Assembly (NCBI GenBank): GCA_033764015.1
Contig: JANRJK010000013.1
Span: 352,001-416,000, forward strand
Reading direction: 5' to 3'
Source of the DNA: Candidatus Sumerlaeia bacterium
Lineage (GTDB): Bacteria; Sumerlaeota; Sumerlaeia; SLMS01; JANRJK01
Length of the DNA: 64,000 nt
The first letter of the stretch is position 1. Each line of letters starts with the position of its first letter. Of this stretch, positions 56,239 to 64,000 are shown piece by piece. The notes under the pieces are model-generated. The model did not search any database, was not told where the DNA came from, and saw only the letters and a program-made list of their open reading frames with translations. The position numbers and the translations under genes are program-made.

Positions 56239-57690
56239 ATGACGAACCAGAAAGACTCGAACCTCGAAGCGTGGGAGGCGCCCCCCGGCAAGACGGCGCA
56301 CCGGCTCCGCGACGGCGCCATCATTGGCCTCCTGCTGGCGATGCTCCTCGTCGTGCAACTCCCCCTGATCTGGATGATCCTCACCGCGTTCAAGACGAAG
56401 GGCACCGCGTTCCGCCTGGCGTTCATCCCATCGCGCGTCGAACGCATGCCCTCCGCCGACACGCCCCCCATCCCGGTCGTGCAGATCACTCCCGACCAGT
56501 TCGTGTTCCACCTCGAAGTGCGCAACGCGACCGCGAGCTCCGTGGACGTGAACCTGGAGTACGCTCCGGAAGGCGCCACGCAGACGAAGCCGATGCGCCG
56601 CGTGCTGGACGGGCTCTGGGTCGCCACGATCCCGCTTTCACAGCGCGGCGAGTACCGCTGGTCCTTCTCCTACGACGGCGGGCCTCCGCAGAAGGACCCC
56701 GGCGACCCGCGCCGCGACGACGGCAACGCCTACACGTGGATGGACATCAACCCGCCCGCCCGCACGAACGCCGGGGCGAACGTGACGACGCCGGAGTTCT
56801 TCGCGTACCGGCTCGAAGACGAACTCCGGGTGGCGATCACGCTGCCCGAGGGCTTCATCGGCGCCTCGGCGGAGACGGACCGCGGGCAGGTCGAGCTCTT
56901 CACCGCGGACCGCGCCGGCCGGGTGTACTTCGCCGAAACGAAGGGCTTCCCAGCGGAGACCTTCCGCATCCGCTACGAGCGCACGTTCGGCGACGCGCTG
57001 GGCACGATGTACACGACGCAGAACTTCAAGGACATCTTCGCCAGCGAGGACTTCCAGTTCGGCACCTACGCGAAGAACTCGTTCCTGGTGGCCTTCGGCG
57101 CGGCGTTCCTCACGGTGCTGATCTGCACGCTCGCCGGCTACGCCTTCTCCGTGAAGCACTTCCACCACCGCGACAGGCTCTTCTGGCTGCTGTTCGCCTC
57201 GATGCTCGTGCCGGGCATGATCTTCATGGTGCCCCAGTTCCGGATCACCGTGGGCCTCGGCTGGATGAACACCTGGCAGGGGCTCGTGATCCCGCACCTC
57301 GGCAACGTGTTCGGCCTGTTCCTGCTGCGCCAGTACATCGGGCAGATCCCGGAGGACCTGTTCTCCGCGGCGAAGATCGACGGCGCGTCGGAGATCCAGG
57401 TCTTCCAGAACATCGTGATCCCCCTGGCGGCGCCGATCATGGTGACGCTGTTCCTGCTCACCTTCGTCACGCAGTGGTCGAACTTCCTCTGGCAGCTCAT
57501 CACGAACACGGGCAACTCGCCGTGGATGACGCTTCCGGTGGGCCTGCAGCGGTTCCGCGGGCAGTTCGGGACGGACTGGGAGAAGATCATGGCGGGCGCG
57601 TGCTTTTCGATCGTGCCGATCGCGGTGCTCTTCCTCATGGCGCAGAAGTACTTCATCGAAGGCATGACCGCCGGCGCGGTGAAGGAGTGA
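56239..57690 (+). CDS. Carbohydrate ABC transporter permease (MalG-type) with large periplasmic CBM48-like insertion
   Basis: WMILTAFK then ~200-aa insertion; AGYAFS, SAAKIDGAS, WSNFLWQL. Confidence 0.9.
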   Translation: MTNQKDSNLEAWEAPPGKTAHRLRDGAIIGLLLAMLLVVQLPLIWMILTAFKTKGTAFRLAFIPSRVERMPSADTPPIPVVQITPDQFVFHLEVRNATASSVDVNLEYAPEGATQTKPMRRVLDGLWVATIPLSQRGEYRWSFSYDGGPPQKDPGDPRRDDGNAYTWMDINPPARTNAGANVTTPEFFAYRLEDELRVAITLPEGFIGASAETDRGQVELFTADRAGRVYFAETKGFPAETFRIRYERTFGDALGTMYTTQNFKDIFASEDFQFGTYAKNSFLVAFGAAFLTVLICTLAGYAFSVKHFHHRDRLFWLLFASMLVPGMIFMVPQFRITVGLGWMNTWQGLVIPHLGNVFGLFLLRQYIGQIPEDLFSAAKIDGASEIQVFQNIVIPLAAPIMVTLFLLTFVTQWSNFLWQLITNTGNSPWMTLPVGLQRFRGQFGTDWEKIMAGACFSIVPIAVLFLMAQKYFIEGMTAGAVKE

Positions 57691-57695
57691 TCACG

Positions 57696-59129
57696 ATGGA
57701 CGCAACCCGCACGCTCCGCCGCCTCGCGCGCGCCGCCGCGCTGCTTTCCGCGGCGGCGCTGCTCGCCGCCGCCGCCTCCTGCGGCGATGTGATCGGCGAC
57801 CGCGACGATCCCAACCACCTGATCGTCTGGCACGCCTTCACCTCGGAAGAGGGCGAGGTCTTCGGCGAAATCGTCAAGGAGTTCGAAAAGGACTGGGAGT
57901 CCAAGAACCAGGGCGTAGACCTGCGCGTGGACATCGAGTACATTGCGTACAACGACATGTTCACGAAGCTCCGCTCTGCTGCGCTCGCCCGCATCACGCC
58001 GGACGTCGCGTTCATCGACTCGATCAAAATCACGGACCTCGCCTTCGGCCAGGCGCTGGTGCCGATCAACAACCTGGACGGCTTCAAGAGCCGCTACGGG
58101 ACCATCGAAGGGGCCCGCGGCGAGTTCGTGAAGGCCTCCTTCGACGCGGGCGTGGTGAACAGGCTCGGGGAGACCAACCTCTACGGGCTGCCGGCGCAGA
58201 CCACCACCGTGGCGCTCTTCTGGAACCGGACGATGTTCCGCGACAAGGCGCAGGAACTGCGCCAGGCGGGCCTCGACCCGTCCCGCGCGCCGCGCACCTG
58301 GGACGAGCTGATCGCCTACGGAAAGGTCCTCAACGACGCGGACAAGGGCATCCACGGCTACGGCTTGCACGGCTCGCTCTGGTTCACCTTCCCGATCCTG
58401 AACATGTACGGCGTGAAGGTGATCGAGTACGCGGAAAGCGGGCGCGCGACCGCGGTCTGGGAGACGGAGAACGGAGAGGCGGCCTTCGACATGGTGCGCA
58501 AGCTCTCGCAGAGCGGCACCGAGGGCGGCGCCTGGAAGTCCGGCGCGCAGGGCCCAGACCAGGGGTTCCTGAACGGCATCTACGCGATGTGCTTCACCGG
58601 CCCGTGGAAGGTGCAGGAGTACACCAACGCGAAGCTCGACTTCGACATCGCGATGATCCCGGCGCCGGACAAGGCGGAGCGCGAGCTCCTCGACCTGGCG
58701 GCGCGCGGCGACGCCGAACGGCTCGGCGACCTCGCCTGGTCGTCGAGCAATGTCGGAGGCCAGACGGGCGCGATCATGCGCTCCGCGGTGAACCCCGAGG
58801 TCGCCTACGAGTTCCTCGAGTACTTCACGGGCGACCCGGTGCAGCGCCAGTGGGCGAGCTCGCTCGGCCAGATCCCCGTGCGGCTCTCCGCCTGGGAGAA
58901 CCTGGACATGTCGAAGTACCCGTTCATCGTGAAGTTCATGGAGCAGCTCGCGCTGTCGGAACGGATCCCGCAGATCCCGCTCTACGGGACCCTGGAGGAG
59001 ATCTTCAACCGCGAGTTCAACCTGTTCCTCGCGCAGCCGTCGATGACCTCGAAGGAGATGCTCTCGCGTGTGGAGGCGGGGATGGACCAGCAGATCCTCG
59101 GCAAGGTGAACGAGGCGGTCGAGGAGTAG
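57696..59129 (+). CDS. Sugar ABC transporter solute-binding lipoprotein
   Basis: Lipobox-like AAAS-C; PDVAF, LYGLP, ALFWN, APRTWDEL, TGPW. Confidence 0.92.
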   Translation: MDATRTLRRLARAAALLSAAALLAAAASCGDVIGDRDDPNHLIVWHAFTSEEGEVFGEIVKEFEKDWESKNQGVDLRVDIEYIAYNDMFTKLRSAALARITPDVAFIDSIKITDLAFGQALVPINNLDGFKSRYGTIEGARGEFVKASFDAGVVNRLGETNLYGLPAQTTTVALFWNRTMFRDKAQELRQAGLDPSRAPRTWDELIAYGKVLNDADKGIHGYGLHGSLWFTFPILNMYGVKVIEYAESGRATAVWETENGEAAFDMVRKLSQSGTEGGAWKSGAQGPDQGFLNGIYAMCFTGPWKVQEYTNAKLDFDIAMIPAPDKAERELLDLAARGDAERLGDLAWSSSNVGGQTGAIMRSAVNPEVAYEFLEYFTGDPVQRQWASSLGQIPVRLSAWENLDMSKYPFIVKFMEQLALSERIPQIPLYGTLEEIFNREFNLFLAQPSMTSKEMLSRVEAGMDQQILGKVNEAVEE

Positions 59130-59146
59130 CCGGGGCCGGCCGCGAC

Positions 59147-59449
59147 ATGGAAACAGGATTCGCGGACGCGGCGGTGGAGTACGCGTCGTTCATCTTCCTC
59201 GGGCTCTCGTTGACGATCGGGTACATCGTCTGGCGCATTGTCGGAACGAAGCGCGGCGGACCCTCCGGAGAAGCGGCGGACGACGCGCTCCGCGCGGAGT
59301 TGGAGCGTGTCCGCAAGGAGGGCGCCGGCGGCGGGGCGAGCGGCCTCGAGGGGCCGGGCCTTTCGCCCGAAGAGCGCGCCGCGCTCCGCGCCGCCCGCAA
59401 GGCACAGGAGCCCGCACCGGATTATGGCCCAGACGATTCGCCAAAGTAG
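59147..59449 (+). CDS. Small single-TM hypothetical protein (100 aa)
   Basis: N-terminal TM ASFIFLGLSLTIGYIVW followed by a charged tail; fills the gap in the operon. Confidence 0.65.
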   Translation: METGFADAAVEYASFIFLGLSLTIGYIVWRIVGTKRGGPSGEAADDALRAELERVRKEGAGGGASGLEGPGLSPEERAALRAARKAQEPAPDYGPDDSPK

Positions 59450-61475
59450 CTTCGCCGCGCTCCTGCTCGCAGCGCTCTGGCTCGTGCTCGGGAGCGCAAC
59501 CGCCCACGCGCAGGAACCGCGCGGCGAACTGGTCAGCGTCTCCCGCGAAGTCTTCCAGTTCGATGTCCCCACCGCGCTGGTGGTCACCGTCCGCAACACC
59601 GGTCCGACCACGTTCTTCCGCCTCACCGCGCTCGAGCAGCCGGCCGGTTGGAGCGTTGCTCAGGATGGATCGCGCAAGCTCATCGAGAACGGCGACGAGG
59701 ACACCTTCACGCTCACGATCACGGCGTCTTCGACCGCGCAAGGCTCGATCAAGTTCCGCTTCTTCGGCGACCGGAACCAGAGCGAGTTCTTTCCGGTGCT
59801 GATCGACGAGGAGGTGGTGCAGGTAACGGCCAAGAACTTCCCCGGGCCCTTTTCGCTGACCGCGCCGGCGGCGAACGCCTCCGGCATCCCCTTCCAGACC
59901 GAGTTCGAGTGGCAAGCGTCCAGCGAGGCCTCCACCTACACGCTGCGCATCCACGCCAACGTGAACGGCCAGCCCTCGGCGAACCCGATCACCCAGATCG
60001 ACGGCATCACGACGCGCTTCTACGAGTTCGACGGCACGGGTCTGTTCGTCGACGGCACCATCTACTGGTGGCGCGTGGGGGCGGTAAACGAAATCGGCGT
60101 CCGGGAGAACACCGGCAGCTTCCGCCGCTTCGCCGTCGCAGAGTCGCCGGAGCCCGGCAGTTTCTCGATCACGACCCCCGTCCCGGGGGGCGAGGCCTCG
60201 CGGGAAGGGCCCTTCGACTGGACCGATTCCACGAACGCGACCAGCTACAACATCGAATTCTACGAAGACTTCGGCGGGCTTCCCGGCGAGACGCCGGTGC
60301 GCGTCTACTCGACGACGTCGTCGCTGCTCGAACTGCCCGGCGATCCGCTGCCCGCGGCGTTCCTGCATATCCGCGTGCTGGCGAAGTCGGGCTCGCGGGA
60401 GCGCGAGAACGCCGGCGGGAAGACGCGGTTCCGCGCTTCGAGCCTCAAGCCATTCAGCCTGATCGGACCGCTCGGCGAATCGCTGGTGGGCCGCACTCCG
60501 GACTTCGCGTGGCAGAGCGTGCAGCCCGCGTTCGAGTTCCAGGAGCATGTGCTCCGGATCTACCGCACCGGCGAAGCCGCGCCGGACCGCACCTACTCGA
60601 CGGCGCTCGGGGTGTTCACCGTGCCCGGGAACGAGCCGCTGAACACCGGCACGCGCTACGAGTGGGACGTCGAGGCCGTGGGCCAGACGGAGCGGCGTTT
60701 CAACGAGGGGGGCCGGGGCGCCTTCATCACCTCCTTCGTCGATGCGTTCGAACTGATCTCCCCGGAGCCTGACGCGGTCGGCGTCGCGGAGACGCCCTCG
60801 TTCTCTTGGCAGCCGTCGCCCGGGGCGTCCGGCTACAACCTCTGGCTCTTCGGCAACCTGAACGGGCAGCCGGACTTCAACAACGCGTTCGTCAGCCCGG
60901 TGCTCACGGAGACGAACTGGACGTCGACGCTGGGGCCGCTCGGCGTGGGGCAGACGTACTTCTGGAGGGTGGTCGCCACGGACGGAACCGCGTTCCGAGA
61001 GAACAACGGCGGCATCCGCAAGTTCACCACGCTGAACATCCCGCCCTTCAGCCTGCAGAGCCCCGCGAACAGCGTCGCAGGCGTCGCGACGGAGCCGACG
61101 CTTTTCTGGAGCGCCGCCCAGAACGCCACGCGATACCGCGTCGACATCGAGTTCCTCGACGGTGCGGATCTGCCGCGCTTCGAGGTCTCGGCTCCCGCGA
61201 CCAGCGCGAACCTTGCGACCTTCGGCGTGCAGCTCAACGGCGAGACCGGCTACCGCTGGAGCGTCACGGCGATCGGCGCCGGAGGCTCGCGGCGATCCAC
61301 TCAGGAGTGGACGTTCACCACTGCGGTCCGGGCCACCGCGACGCGCGAGGACGCGGGCGAAATGGTCGTCGGGCGGCAGCGGCTCAGCGCCCAGGAGCGC
61401 AACGCACTGGGCGTGTTCTCGGGCCAGGGCCAGAACGTCGTGGATGCCGCCGCGCTGGTGCGCCTCGCGCCGTGA
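59424..61475 (+). CDS. Secreted protein with five tandem FN3/Ig-like modules
   Basis: Signal peptide ending AHA-Q; five ~95-100 aa repeats F.L..P....F.W...Y....Y.W.V.A. Confidence 0.82.
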   Translation: MAQTIRQSSFAALLLAALWLVLGSATAHAQEPRGELVSVSREVFQFDVPTALVVTVRNTGPTTFFRLTALEQPAGWSVAQDGSRKLIENGDEDTFTLTITASSTAQGSIKFRFFGDRNQSEFFPVLIDEEVVQVTAKNFPGPFSLTAPAANASGIPFQTEFEWQASSEASTYTLRIHANVNGQPSANPITQIDGITTRFYEFDGTGLFVDGTIYWWRVGAVNEIGVRENTGSFRRFAVAESPEPGSFSITTPVPGGEASREGPFDWTDSTNATSYNIEFYEDFGGLPGETPVRVYSTTSSLLELPGDPLPAAFLHIRVLAKSGSRERENAGGKTRFRASSLKPFSLIGPLGESLVGRTPDFAWQSVQPAFEFQEHVLRIYRTGEAAPDRTYSTALGVFTVPGNEPLNTGTRYEWDVEAVGQTERRFNEGGRGAFITSFVDAFELISPEPDAVGVAETPSFSWQPSPGASGYNLWLFGNLNGQPDFNNAFVSPVLTETNWTSTLGPLGVGQTYFWRVVATDGTAFRENNGGIRKFTTLNIPPFSLQSPANSVAGVATEPTLFWSAAQNATRYRVDIEFLDGADLPRFEVSAPATSANLATFGVQLNGETGYRWSVTAIGAGGSRRSTQEWTFTTAVRATATREDAGEMVVGRQRLSAQERNALGVFSGQGQNVVDAAALVRLAP

Positions 61476-62206
61476 CGACGATCCCCCGGGGGGATTTCCT
61501 CGGCCTGCCGCTCGCCGCGCCGACCGAGGACGAACTGATCGACTACCTGCTTTCCAGCGGCCCGCCGCGCGCCGCGGCCTACCTCAACGCGCATGTGGTG
61601 AACCTCGCCTTCGAATCGCGGGACGCGGCGCGGCTGCTGCGCGCCATGGACCTCGTGTACGCGGATGGCATGTCTGTCGTGCGCGAGGCGCGCCGCGCGG
61701 GGCTCCGCGTGCCGGAGCGCCTCAGCGCCGCGGACTACCTGCTGCGCGTGGCTTGGCGGGCCTCGGCGCAGGGGAAGCGCGTCGCGCTGGTGGGCGGCGC
61801 GCCGGGCGTGGCGGAGCGCTGCGCCAAGGCGCTGCGGCGGGAGGTGCCGGGCTTGCAGGTGTGCGCCACGGCGCACGGGTACTTCAAGGACTCCGGCGCG
61901 GAGCGGCTCGGCGCGCGCGTGGCTTCCGCTCGACCGGACCTGGTGCTTCTAGGGATGGGCACGCCGCGGCAGGAGCGTGTGGCGCTCGCGTGGCGCGCGC
62001 AGGGCGTGGCGCCGGTCCTCTGGTGCGTCGGCGCGCTATTCGAGTACTACGCGGGCACGATGCCGCGCGCGCCGCGCTGGATGTCCGCCAACGGCTTCGA
62101 GTGGCTCTTCCGCCTCGGCGCCGAGCCCCGCCGCATGGCCCGGCGCTACCTCGTGGGCAATCCGCTCTTCCTGTGGCGCGCGCGGCGGGGACGCCCGGCG
62201 CCCTGA
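61472..62206 (+). CDS. WecB/TagA/CpsF (GT26) glycosyltransferase
   Basis: YLNAH, YADG, HGYF, GMGTPRQE, VGALF, RAPRWM...EWLFRL..EPRRM.RRY; GTGA overlap with the upstream gene. Confidence 0.93.
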   Translation: MTTIPRGDFLGLPLAAPTEDELIDYLLSSGPPRAAAYLNAHVVNLAFESRDAARLLRAMDLVYADGMSVVREARRAGLRVPERLSAADYLLRVAWRASAQGKRVALVGGAPGVAERCAKALRREVPGLQVCATAHGYFKDSGAERLGARVASARPDLVLLGMGTPRQERVALAWRAQGVAPVLWCVGALFEYYAGTMPRAPRWMSANGFEWLFRLGAEPRRMARRYLVGNPLFLWRARRGRPAP

Positions 62207-62216
62207 GGCCGCGTCC

Positions 62217-63986
62217 TCACTCGACCTCGAACTCCTTCTCCGCCAAGCCGCCCTTCATCGCCTCGAAGCGAAGCGTCCCCTTCCCGTCGCCGGAGACGAT
62301 GAACTCCACCGTCACGCGGCCGTTCCCCGGGACTGCGTCCACGCGGAGCCGCTCCGGCCGGTCGTGCTGGAAGTCCACCCGCCCGTGGTCCCGGTCCGTG
62401 ACGATGCCCGACGCGAGCACCTTGAGCCCGCGCCCGGTGATCGTCGCCGAGTTGGCGGGCGTGATCTTGTTCTCCACGTCCTGCTGGAGCCGTGTCGGGG
62501 TGAGGCCGTCGTTCACGATGTCGGCGCGCACCCGCGAAAGGCCGCGCCCGAGCCGCTCGACCGCCACCTCGCCGATCGAAAGGCGCGGCATCTGCTCCGC
62601 GTGGAAGAGCGTGAACACTGTGTTCCGGTGCATCTCCTCCTCGAGGAGGAAGGACGGCGGGACTCGGCCGAACGTCGCATGCGTCCCGCCGACCTCGACC
62701 TCGCCGTACTGGGGATGGGTGTGGGTGGTCCAAGCGGTGAAACCCTGGTCGAGGAGGACGTCGCGGACGAAGCGCATGCGCGCGTTCGCATCCGGGTCCG
62801 GCGTGCGGTGCAGGTTGTCGTTCGACCAGAGTTCGTTCGTGTAGCAGAGGATCCCGAGCCCGCCGTAGAACCACTCCAGCTCGCCGCCCCAGACCGTGTA
62901 GAGGTCCTTCCACGTGATGAGGTAGTCGTAGGCCGGGAGCATCTGCTCGCCGCGCTCGCCGATGAGCTTGTAGAGCGACGCGTCGCCGTCGTGGACCACG
63001 GCGCCTTCGCGCCCGGGGCCGGAGAGGATCATGCCGCCGGCGTTGTGGTAGCTTTGCGCCGCGGCGATGTTGGGCCGCGCGAGCACGTAGTCGCGCACCG
63101 CGCGCGTCTCCGGCAGCGAGAAGGGGTAGCGGTGCGCACCCCCCTGGACGCCCTCCGGCTGCCAGTCCCAGGCCCAGTTGCGGTTGGGATCGTAGCCGCC
63201 CGGGCCGTCCTCGTTCACTTCGCCATCGCCGTCGTTGTCGATGCCCTCGGTGCCGAGGACTTCGAACTCGCCGCGCTCGTCGGGCCCGACGCGGACCATC
63301 AGGCGGTCGGGGAACTGCGGGTCGGGCTTGTGCGTTCCGAACGGTGTGCGGCGGCGCATCTGCGTGATCTGGCCGTCGCCGTCGAGGTCCTCCGGGCCGT
63401 CCTCGTCCACAAGGCCGTCGAGGTCGTTGTCGGTGGGGATCTGGCCGCCTCGCGACGTGTGCGGGTTGTTCGGGTTGTCGAACCAGTAGTCGCGCCCGTC
63501 CGGGTTGATGCTCGGGAGCAGGTAGAAGACCGAGTTGTCGAGCAGCTGGCCGACGCGCTCGACGTTCTCGCGCATCTCGAGCAGGTACCAAGCGGTGTGG
63601 AGCACCACTTCGCCGGCCTGCACCTCGTTGCCGTGGATGTTGCCGTCGATGTACATGGCGGGCTTGGTCGCCGGATCGCCGACCTTGTAGTTGGTCACTT
63701 CGAGGGCTAGGATTTCGCGCCCCTGGTGCGACTCGCCCACCTTCACCACACGGGCGAAGTCAGGGTGCGCCGCGGCGAGCGCCCGCAGGAATCCGTTGAG
63801 GCCGTCCACATCGTAGTAGCGGTTCCACGCGATTTCGACCTTCGGGTGCGACGGCGCGCCGAGGGCGGGGAAGACGTTCTCCGGCGGGACGCGGTAGGCG
63901 GTCTCCGCGGCGGGGGAGTGGGCGGCGGCGAGGATCGCGGCGGCGGCGAGCGTGCAGCGCAGGCTGTTGGTCATGGTCGTGGTCAC
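62217..63986 (-). CDS. Secreted M14 zinc carboxypeptidase with Asp-rich Ca-binding inserts
   Basis: GNIHGNE, NPDG, NRNW, PETRA, SYH, NEL; DNDLDGLVDED and DNDGDGEVNED inserts; start 63986 or 63974. Confidence 0.9.
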   Translation of the reverse strand: MTTTMTNSLRCTLAAAAILAAAHSPAAETAYRVPPENVFPALGAPSHPKVEIAWNRYYDVDGLNGFLRALAAAHPDFARVVKVGESHQGREILALEVTNYKVGDPATKPAMYIDGNIHGNEVQAGEVVLHTAWYLLEMRENVERVGQLLDNSVFYLLPSINPDGRDYWFDNPNNPHTSRGGQIPTDNDLDGLVDEDGPEDLDGDGQITQMRRRTPFGTHKPDPQFPDRLMVRVGPDERGEFEVLGTEGIDNDGDGEVNEDGPGGYDPNRNWAWDWQPEGVQGGAHRYPFSLPETRAVRDYVLARPNIAAAQSYHNAGGMILSGPGREGAVVHDGDASLYKLIGERGEQMLPAYDYLITWKDLYTVWGGELEWFYGGLGILCYTNELWSNDNLHRTPDPDANARMRFVRDVLLDQGFTAWTTHTHPQYGEVEVGGTHATFGRVPPSFLLEEEMHRNTVFTLFHAEQMPRLSIGEVAVERLGRGLSRVRADIVNDGLTPTRLQQDVENKITPANSATITGRGLKVLASGIVTDRDHGRVDFQHDRPERLRVDAVPGNGRVTVEFIVSGDGKGTLRFEAMKGGLAEKEFEVE

Positions 63987-64000
63987 TCCGCGTCGTCGGT

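Noticed and set aside
55515..59129. Apparent 1204-aa protein, and similar apparent fusions 22233-24887, 8596-10869, 7490-9778
   Set aside because: The N-terminal extensions overlap other real genes in a different frame; true starts are at 57696, ~23199, 9853 and 8477.
55282..59129. Missing ATPase in the ABC operon as a novelty
   Set aside because: CUT1 sugar ABC systems commonly share a MalK/MsmX ATPase encoded elsewhere.

Overview
High-GC bacterial chromosome segment with about 45 CDS and two tRNA-Ala genes; I found no rRNA, CRISPR array, integrase or transposase. From recall of the pilin-like protein motifs (PNFLEAQ.RSKVSR...DMRSL and YDPTNGT.S.GDI) and short Trp-containing C-terminal tails, the source is probably Candidatus Sumerlaeota (BRC1); this is an inference. 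Housekeeping genes include pdhABC, ktrAB, aroQ, gdhA, trmL, trmB, a Xaa-Pro peptidase, sod, acpP-fabF-rnc-rfbD and an AMIN amidase. Three features stand out. (1) An alpha-glucan (starch/maltodextrin) utilisation locus at 46.9-59.1 kb is headed by a type IV pilin/pseudopilin-like gene rather than a TonB/SusCD pair. It also encodes a large secreted protein, two secreted GH13 enzymes and an ABC importer whose MalG-type permease has a CBM48-like insertion. (2) Otherwise unrelated secreted proteins share a C-terminal tail (SWVHYE, SWTMYE, GWTVR), a candidate lineage-specific sorting signal. (3) A collagen-fibre / GT2-TPR glycosyltransferase / small tail-bearing protein operon looks like a glycosylated surface-fibre system. 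A ferric-reductase-Rieske-Cys-domain triple fusion is also present. All domain calls come from motif reading, not database searches.
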